NCBI GenBank assembly: GCA_043813075.1
Contig: JBDRLL010000041.1
Span: 15,409-79,408, forward strand
Source: Candidatus Altiarchaeota archaeon
GTDB taxonomy: Archaea; Altiarchaeota; Altiarchaeia; IMC4; SCGC-AAA252-I15
Length of the DNA stretch: 64,000 nt
Direction: 5' to 3'
Under the pieces are notes generated by a model, which saw nothing but the letters and a program-made list of their open reading frames with translations, ran no database searches and was not told the DNA's origin. Shown here in pieces: positions 9,040 to 15,798 of this stretch (position 1 is its first letter; the number at the start of each line of letters is the position of its first letter). The translations under genes were made by a program, and so were the position numbers.

Positions 9040-9528
9040 CTACTCCTCCACTGTGGTGCAGCACGCCATCAATTCTTTGAGGAATGCCACCACCGCCTCC
9101 TCCTGCCATAAGTTTTGGATGTATTTCGGCCATATCCTACGGAGATTGCCTATCGCAGTATACCCGTCCAAGCCCTGTGTGTATCCTAGGTATGCTGCCA
9201 GCATTGTGCCTGTCCGGTCCCTGCCCAGGTAGCAGTGCACTAGCACCGTCTTGCCAGGGTTAGCCTGCATGTAGTCTATGAACTCGCGGAACTGGTGTTC
9301 AGAGGGGGTGGTGAAGTCTGGGACTGGGATGTTGATGTGGGAGATGCCGTAGGAGTCCAAGTCTTCCCTGCTGTAGGAGGGGGTATCGTATTCCTCATTG
9401 TTCTGGAGGGATACTACCGCGTCTATACCCTCCTTCTTCAATGCGTCCAGCTCCTTGACGCTGGGTGTCGCGCTCCCAGCCAGCCGGCCGTTTATTATCC
9501 AATGGAAGTTGTCAGGCAAGTCGCTCAT
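9040..9528 (-). CDS. Dual-specificity / protein-tyrosine phosphatase superfamily enzyme (CX5R)
   Basis: 162 aa with the active-site loop VLVHCYLGRDRTGTMLAAYL (HCxxGxxRT). Confidence 0.8.
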   Translation of the reverse strand: MSDLPDNFHWIINGRLAGSATPSVKELDALKKEGIDAVVSLQNNEEYDTPSYSREDLDSYGISHINIPVPDFTTPSEHQFREFIDYMQANPGKTVLVHCYLGRDRTGTMLAAYLGYTQGLDGYTAIGNLRRIWPKYIQNLWQEEAVVAFLKELMACCTTVEE

Positions 9529-9536
9529 AATACACC

Positions 9537-11231
9537 TTACTGGAAGTATGCGTTAACGACATACTGGGATACCATGCGATGGGTGTTGAAGTAGGAGCCG
9601 TTGAATGCTATATTATTCACCATCATCTTTATCCACCTGCCCCTGTTGCCGTAGTACATGGGGATTATCCGGTCCTCCAGCTTCTGGTAAAGGTCTTCCG
9701 CATCCTGGCCGTGGTCCTCCACCTCGTTAAGCTCCTCTGGACTGGGGCCGATACTCCATCCGGTGAAGTCCTCTATATGGCCTTCTATCCACCAGCCGTC
9801 GAGAACCGAGAAATTGAGGACTCCATTCACTGCGGCCTTCATGCCGGAGGTGCCTGACGCCTCCAGAGGCCTTAGGGGCGTGTTCAACCATAGGTCTGAG
9901 CCGGAGACGAGCAGTTTTGCGGAGTACATGTCGTAGTTGTTCAGGTAGATCATGTTTATCTTGCCGCTCAGCTCCCGCATCTCCTGGATTATCTTTTTCA
10001 GTAGCTTCTTGCCTTCAGTGTCTTTTGGATGGGCCTTCCCGCCGTAGATGACTTGTATGCCCCCCTCTCTCTCAGCCATGGCCAGCAGGCGGTCGGTGTC
10101 TGTCAAAAGCAGGTCAGGCCTCTTGTATGCGGTAGCCCTCCTGCCGAATCCGATTGTCATCGTATCATAGTCTAAGTCTGTCTTGTAGTGCTTGTTGACG
10201 AAGTCTATCAGGTTCTTCTTTGCGGTAGCGTGCGCGTTCCATACGTCTTGCCCGGGAATGCGGAGTGCGAACCGCATTACGTAGGGGTCTATCCTCCATG
10301 GGGGTATGTGTTTGTCGAATACTTTCGCCATGGGCTCGGAAACCCATGTAGGCGGGTGTATTCCATTGGTTATGGCCTCGATATTGTATTCAGGGAACAT
10401 TTCCTGCGCCACTTCACCATGCATCTTGGCAACACCGTTGATGTATTTCGAGTGGTATAATGCCAGGTGGGTCATGTTGAGTCTCTCATCCTCGTCCAGT
10501 ATGTCGTCGTGGTCTAGGCTAGAGTATTCCACGTAGTCCCCGAGAACAGTCTCGACCAACTTCCTCTCGAACCGGTCGTGCCCTGCGGGAACTGGAGTGT
10601 GTGTCGTGAACACGCAGAGTTCACGTACCCGTTCTATGTCGTTCTCATACCTGTCCATGAGCTCGAGGGATAGCAGAGCTGAATGCCCTTCATTCATGTG
10701 GTATGCCACCAGGTTGTCGTGGTCCAGGACTTGAAGCATCCTGACGCCGCCAATCCCGAGTATGGCCTCCTGCTTGAACCTGTATCTGCTGTCTCCGCCA
10801 TATAGGTGGCTTGTCAGCTTCCTGTCCTCCGGGTCGTTGGTCTTTATGTTAGAGTCCAGGAAGAGGACTGGTATCTTATGCCCTCCAATGCCATCTACCT
10901 CATGGACCCAAGCCTGAAGGAGCACGTCCCTGCCCTCCAGGTTGACTGTCACCTTCTCGGACAAGAGCCTCATGTGCTGGGAGTGGTCCCAGTTCACGGG
11001 ATTCTCCAGCTGGTTGCCATCGCCGTCGATGACCTGATAGAAGTACCCTTTCTCGTTCAGGAGGGATAATGCCACTACGGGAACACCAAGGTCTGCGAAA
11101 GACTTGATGGTGTCGCCAGCCAGTATGCCCAACCCCCCAGCATACACGGGCATCTCTTCAGAAAGGCCTATTTCAAAGCTGAAGTAGGCTACTTTCCTCT
11201 TCTGCGGAGCGTATTCCTGGTACTTGTTCAT
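9537..11231 (-). CDS. glgP: Alpha-glucan (glycogen/maltodextrin) phosphorylase, GT35, short archaeal type
   Basis: 564 aa with N-terminal FSFEIGL...PVYAGGLGILAGD and the PLP-lysine region EASGTSGMKAAVNGVLNFSVLDGWW. Confidence 0.9.
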   Translation of the reverse strand: MNKYQEYAPQKRKVAYFSFEIGLSEEMPVYAGGLGILAGDTIKSFADLGVPVVALSLLNEKGYFYQVIDGDGNQLENPVNWDHSQHMRLLSEKVTVNLEGRDVLLQAWVHEVDGIGGHKIPVLFLDSNIKTNDPEDRKLTSHLYGGDSRYRFKQEAILGIGGVRMLQVLDHDNLVAYHMNEGHSALLSLELMDRYENDIERVRELCVFTTHTPVPAGHDRFERKLVETVLGDYVEYSSLDHDDILDEDERLNMTHLALYHSKYINGVAKMHGEVAQEMFPEYNIEAITNGIHPPTWVSEPMAKVFDKHIPPWRIDPYVMRFALRIPGQDVWNAHATAKKNLIDFVNKHYKTDLDYDTMTIGFGRRATAYKRPDLLLTDTDRLLAMAEREGGIQVIYGGKAHPKDTEGKKLLKKIIQEMRELSGKINMIYLNNYDMYSAKLLVSGSDLWLNTPLRPLEASGTSGMKAAVNGVLNFSVLDGWWIEGHIEDFTGWSIGPSPEELNEVEDHGQDAEDLYQKLEDRIIPMYYGNRGRWIKMMVNNIAFNGSYFNTHRMVSQYVVNAYFQ

Positions 11232-11232
11232 T

Positions 11233-11709
11233 TTATCCGAACTTCAGGGAGATCAACTCCCCGACGTAATTGCTTAATGCTATGACTATGACGGCAATCA
11301 ATAAATGCTCTAGTATGACGCCAGCAGGCTTGTCGCCCTGGTCCCTCGCGATAACGTAGCTTAGGACTGCCAGAACAGAGAGGCCCCATGCTACGCTCAC
11401 CACCATCGCGGAGCTCAAGTCTAGGAGTATGACTGGTATGATGAATGTGAGGGCGAAGATGAATTTGGAGAAGAATGTGGAGAGTGTTGAAGTCCATACC
11501 TCCTGATGGGTGTGCTTGTTCTCCGACTCCTCTGAGATGTGTATGCCGAGGGCGTCTGAGAAGGCGTCGGCTATCGCTATTGTCAGTATCCCCCCGACGA
11601 CCACGAGCTTCGAGCCGGTCCCGGAATTCAGCCCCACCATCAGTCCGAGAGTCGTTATCGCCCCTGAAGTCAGTCCGAAACATAATCCAGTCTTGAGCGA
11701 GTGATCCAT
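11233..11709 (-). CDS. Small VIT1/CCC1-like membrane protein (putative metal transporter family)
   Basis: 158 aa with about 4-5 TM helices. The pattern GLTSGAITTLGLMVGL...AIADAFSDALG resembles the membrane domain of the VIT family. The assignment is tentative. Confidence 0.5.
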   Translation of the reverse strand: MDHSLKTGLCFGLTSGAITTLGLMVGLNSGTGSKLVVVGGILTIAIADAFSDALGIHISEESENKHTHQEVWTSTLSTFFSKFIFALTFIIPVILLDLSSAMVVSVAWGLSVLAVLSYVIARDQGDKPAGVILEHLLIAVIVIALSNYVGELISLKFG

Positions 11710-11758
11710 TGGTAGTTATTGGTCTTCATTTAATTTAACTCCCTCATAATCTATTTGA

Positions 11759-12529
11759 ATGCTTGAGTCGACATTCCAGCACATCCAGGGGGTTGGCGAG
11801 AGGACTGAGAGGCATCTGTGGGAGCGCGGCTGCAAGAACTGGGATCTGCTGATCCATGATGACTTCAACCTACCCAAAGACACGTACAGGAGGCTTAAGG
11901 CAGGGGTCATGGAGAGCAAGTGCCGTCTGGAGTCCATGGACCACGATTACTTCAGGAATAATCTCCCCAGGAGCATAACCTGGAGGGCCTACGAGAACTT
12001 CAGGAACCATGCCTGCTTCATGGACATCGAGACTACGGGACTTTCCCCTGAGCATGATGACGTCACCACAGTATGCGTCCACAGTCCGGCAGGAACGGAA
12101 AGCTATGTTGCAGGGAAGAACCTTGGCAGGCTGAGGGACGATCTTAGGGAATTCAGATACATTGTGTCATTCAACGGCAGCCGTTTCGACCTGCCATTCC
12201 TAACCCGCCGGATGGGCGTCAGATTCAACCAGATACACTTAGACCTCCTGTACCCACTCAGACGCCTGGGATACTCTGGCGGCCTCAAGAGGATAGAGAA
12301 GATGCTTGGCTTCTCGAGGGATACTGAGGGGGTCGACGGCTATGACGCAGTCCGCCTCTGGAGGGCTTACAGGAAGAACAGTGAGGTTGAAGTTGCGGGA
12401 CGGCGTGTTTCCGGAGAGGATGCGCTGAATCTTCTCGTCGATTACAACAGAGAGGATACGGTTAACCTGGAGAGCATCACGGAATTCGTCGTCAAGGAGA
12501 TGAGGGAGAGGCACAGGAGATACTTGTAG
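11759..12529 (+). CDS. RNase H-like fold predicted exonuclease (COG3359/YprB-like)
   Basis: 256 aa with FMDIETTGLSPEHDDV and SFNGSRFDLPFL, the Exo I/II-like motifs of this family. Confidence 0.7.
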   Translation: MLESTFQHIQGVGERTERHLWERGCKNWDLLIHDDFNLPKDTYRRLKAGVMESKCRLESMDHDYFRNNLPRSITWRAYENFRNHACFMDIETTGLSPEHDDVTTVCVHSPAGTESYVAGKNLGRLRDDLREFRYIVSFNGSRFDLPFLTRRMGVRFNQIHLDLLYPLRRLGYSGGLKRIEKMLGFSRDTEGVDGYDAVRLWRAYRKNSEVEVAGRRVSGEDALNLLVDYNREDTVNLESITEFVVKEMRERHRRYL

Positions 12530-12531
12530 GC

Positions 12532-15500
12532 TTATACTTCCTTGACGTACCGCTTGCAGTATTTGTAGACAGGGAGCGTGCAGGGTTGTTCTTCAGCGTG
12601 TATGAATCCTATTGGAGTGTCGTATTCACGCTCCTCGGTCTCGCATTGTATGGTTATGTTCTGCTTAGCATAGTGCTTGGCACTGTAGCTGTATAACGGC
12701 ACTGTTCCAGGCAGGTTGGAGTTGTACACGTACCCCATGAAGCCGTTGATCACATAGTCATTGTCTGACGTGTCATTCGCGTCCAGGCTCAGGAAAAAGT
12801 CGCGTTTGCCCGCGTTATAGTACCTGTAGAGTCTGCTCGTGTCATGGCCTGGAGTCAGCCTGATGTAGCCCACGATCTTGCTTCTGGTATAGCCTTTCAT
12901 CGAGTTCGAGACGAATGTTCTTGTATTCAAGCACGCGTCAGTGGATACTGTGTGGAGTCCTGTCTCCTCATTCTGGAAGAGCCAGAGCAGGCTCGAGTTA
13001 GGCTCCCAGTACCTGCTTGAATACCCCAGGTTATTGCCCCAAGAGAGCGTGTAGTTCTCCATGTCTGTCGTTAAATCAACACAGTCTGAAGTGCACGAGC
13101 TCTTACTGTAGCCTATAGTCCCGACACGCACATAATCAGAGTCAGCGGAAGAGTTGAAGAACGACGTGAGCTTGTGATTCTTTTCTCCTGTGCCGAAATC
13201 AGCCATAACCAGCATGTGCAACGGCTGCCTGCCGGACTCGTTGACATCGCCCAAATACCCTAGAGTGGATATCCGGGAATACTTGTTTGAAAACTGATTC
13301 GCCTCACCGCACTCGTCTATGCTCACCATCCGCTCAACAACACATACAGTGCGGGTACAATCCATCCCAAACAGCCAGCAGAAGAACCTGCCGATAGCCT
13401 CAAACAGGTCAGCGAGGAAGTCTACTATAGCAACAAGGACATCCACTATGAACTCCAAGACAGCCACTATAACGTCAGCAATCAACTCCAGAACACTGAC
13501 TATGAGGTCGCCTATTGCAGCCAGGGCTGCAAGAGGGTCATACCAGAACATCGCAATATCCTGCAGGTCGCTGGCCAGACTGTCTATGAACTCGTTTAAG
13601 CCGGAGACCACTCCGCCAACAAGCTCGTCTGCCGCACCGAACACACCCCCAATCAACGGGACCTTGTCCGTATGACCCCCCCAGCCCAAGAGCAGGTCTG
13701 ACAGTCCACTAACTATGGTTGTTACAGTTCCTCCAAACATTTCGACTAGTCCTTCAACAACTTCCCCATCCGCGAAGTCGTCGGCACCGTTGCTCATCAT
13801 TGAGAGGGAGGTCGAGAACGCGAGCTCTGTTTTTATGTCATCTAGGTCTCCAGCGGGCAGAGACTGGTTGGAGACCGCTATATACAGCCTTTTCCACAAC
13901 AGTATGTCACTGTCTCCGAGAGTCATCTGACCCCAGTACCTGGCCAGCCGGTCCTCTGGTATCTCATACTGGTAGCCCCACGGATTGTATATCGCATACA
14001 CTGTCTCCATCTCACCGGGAACACCAGTAGGGCGTGAGCAATAGTTGACTACCACGATGAAGTGGCCGGCAAAAACGTTTCCAGTCCCGTCGGTCGTTAA
14101 CACAAGCATTACCGGAATACCACGGTCTATGAACCGCCGTATCTCACTGAAGTCTCCGTTCTGGTATACCTCAGCGTTCACTCCCTGACTGCGGGCATAC
14201 TCAACTAGTATGGTGGGGTCCCCGAACATGCCCCCTTCATTACCCCACGAGTGTTCTGAAGCCGAAGCCCTGCATTCATCGTCCACCGTGAAGTGGGTGT
14301 GGGAGTCGCTTCCAGTAAGGTACCTGAGTATGTATGCGAGACTGGTTGTACCGCACGCGTTCGTAGGCCCCTGACCCGGCAGCCATATGCTCTCTATCTG
14401 CGTGGTCCGCACCACCGTGCTAGTGTGCCCTGCCTCATCGGTTACTGTGTGGGTTATGTTGAACACGCCGTCACTCTGGTACTGGACTTGAACGTCTTCT
14501 AACGTTAAGTCATCTGACCATGGAAGACTCCAGCGGTAATCAGTGATATTAACGCCGGATACGGGATCGGAATTGTCGAAATGATCTATTGTCGCCCCCC
14601 GATTGTATTCTACAAAGAAATCAGCCCTAGGCAGGTCCGGCTGCGGGGAGCCGACCGTGATGCTGCGGCCCACTGTCGCCGACTCGCCGTCGTCGTCTGT
14701 CACAGTCAACCAGACCATGTGCTCGCCGTTGCTGAGGTCGTGGGAGAAGTTCTGTAGTGTGGTGTTGAATCCGTCGGCCTCAAAGTACCAGAGCCTTCCA
14801 GTGATGTTCCCGTCATAGTCTGATGACGCGTCCGTGAAGTTGAAGTAGCCGTAGAAGTGGTCCTTCTCGAACGTGAAGTCCGCGTGCGGAATCCTGTTCT
14901 TCGGTGGGGTGCCGTCCCATACTGGGTAGCCGAGTTCTCTGGGCAAATCCCCGTGCTCGTCACGATAGTATAGGCCTCCAGGGCTTTTGGACCTGCCTAT
15001 CTTCATTAGGTCGTTTTCACCGCATGATACTTGAGTCATAGGCTCTTCACCGAGCTCTGATGCAGGCTCTCCGAGATCGGACAGGCCAGGTAGTTCTACT
15101 GTAATCCTCTGTGTTAGGTTGTTGTTACCCTCATTGTATTCATCAACACTGTGGCCACTGTCTACGAATGCGACCACGTCAAACTTGCCTGCCTTCTGGA
15201 ATATCAGTGTGTTGTTCAATTGTATCACTGTGCTATTACCCGCTGGTAGTGGTGCGACGGGCACTGTGATGGGCTCGCACGTCCAGTATACAGTTAGATT
15301 CACTGCAGGAGCGTCGTCGAAGCCTATGTTGGCGACCTCTATCCGTAGTGAGACCACGTCGAGAAGCCCGACGTCGTCGGGAGCATAGTTTATACGGGTT
15401 ATGGTCAAATCAGGGAGAAGCATGCACACGCCACCACTACATGCCTCGCCGCCCACACACCCTGTGAACAAGTGGCTTATCCGGGTTCCGTTACAATAGT

Positions 15501-15798
15501 ATTCCTTAACGTGCGTCGTGTTAACACACTCATCATCGACTGTGGTAATGCACGTCACACTATCCTTCCTATGAGAGTCAACCGAACCCAAGGAGGGGCC
15601 GCTGCATGACGTGCATAGTAGTAGTCTCTTGTCGAAGACGTACCTGCCGTATATCGCAGGTTTGTATAGGTTATCACTGTTGAACTGCATGACTGAGGGC
15701 GTCATCATCGCCTTTGTCTTCGTCATATCAGCCACCTTAGCAGAGGTTAGGGGGGATAGGAGGATCAATGCTAGGAACATGAGCAGCATACGCTTCAT
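12532..15798 (-). CDS. Large modular secreted protein: Cys-rich N-domain, CARDB-like, 2 PKD-like, C39-like cysteine peptidase, acidic-hydrophobic helical segment, C-terminal lectin-like repeats
   Basis: 1088 aa with a signal peptide (MKRMLLMFLALILLSPLTSA).
- CARDB-like: PDLTITRINYAP...EYNEGNNN.
- PKD-like: two units (PHADFTF...WLTVTDDDGESA; PRADFFV...THTVTDEAGHTS).
- Peptidase: NACGTTSLAYILRYL (Cys, nt ~14353-14355) and FAGHFIVVVNY (His).
- Helical segment: aa ~660-812.
- C-terminal repeats of the type LYRYYNAGKRDFFLS...GFMGYVY. Confidence 0.75.
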   Translation of the reverse strand: MKRMLLMFLALILLSPLTSAKVADMTKTKAMMTPSVMQFNSDNLYKPAIYGRYVFDKRLLLCTSCSGPSLGSVDSHRKDSVTCITTVDDECVNTTHVKEYYCNGTRISHLFTGCVGGEACSGGVCMLLPDLTITRINYAPDDVGLLDVVSLRIEVANIGFDDAPAVNLTVYWTCEPITVPVAPLPAGNSTVIQLNNTLIFQKAGKFDVVAFVDSGHSVDEYNEGNNNLTQRITVELPGLSDLGEPASELGEEPMTQVSCGENDLMKIGRSKSPGGLYYRDEHGDLPRELGYPVWDGTPPKNRIPHADFTFEKDHFYGYFNFTDASSDYDGNITGRLWYFEADGFNTTLQNFSHDLSNGEHMVWLTVTDDDGESATVGRSITVGSPQPDLPRADFFVEYNRGATIDHFDNSDPVSGVNITDYRWSLPWSDDLTLEDVQVQYQSDGVFNITHTVTDEAGHTSTVVRTTQIESIWLPGQGPTNACGTTSLAYILRYLTGSDSHTHFTVDDECRASASEHSWGNEGGMFGDPTILVEYARSQGVNAEVYQNGDFSEIRRFIDRGIPVMLVLTTDGTGNVFAGHFIVVVNYCSRPTGVPGEMETVYAIYNPWGYQYEIPEDRLARYWGQMTLGDSDILLWKRLYIAVSNQSLPAGDLDDIKTELAFSTSLSMMSNGADDFADGEVVEGLVEMFGGTVTTIVSGLSDLLLGWGGHTDKVPLIGGVFGAADELVGGVVSGLNEFIDSLASDLQDIAMFWYDPLAALAAIGDLIVSVLELIADVIVAVLEFIVDVLVAIVDFLADLFEAIGRFFCWLFGMDCTRTVCVVERMVSIDECGEANQFSNKYSRISTLGYLGDVNESGRQPLHMLVMADFGTGEKNHKLTSFFNSSADSDYVRVGTIGYSKSSCTSDCVDLTTDMENYTLSWGNNLGYSSRYWEPNSSLLWLFQNEETGLHTVSTDACLNTRTFVSNSMKGYTRSKIVGYIRLTPGHDTSRLYRYYNAGKRDFFLSLDANDTSDNDYVINGFMGYVYNSNLPGTVPLYSYSAKHYAKQNITIQCETEEREYDTPIGFIHAEEQPCTLPVYKYCKRYVKEV

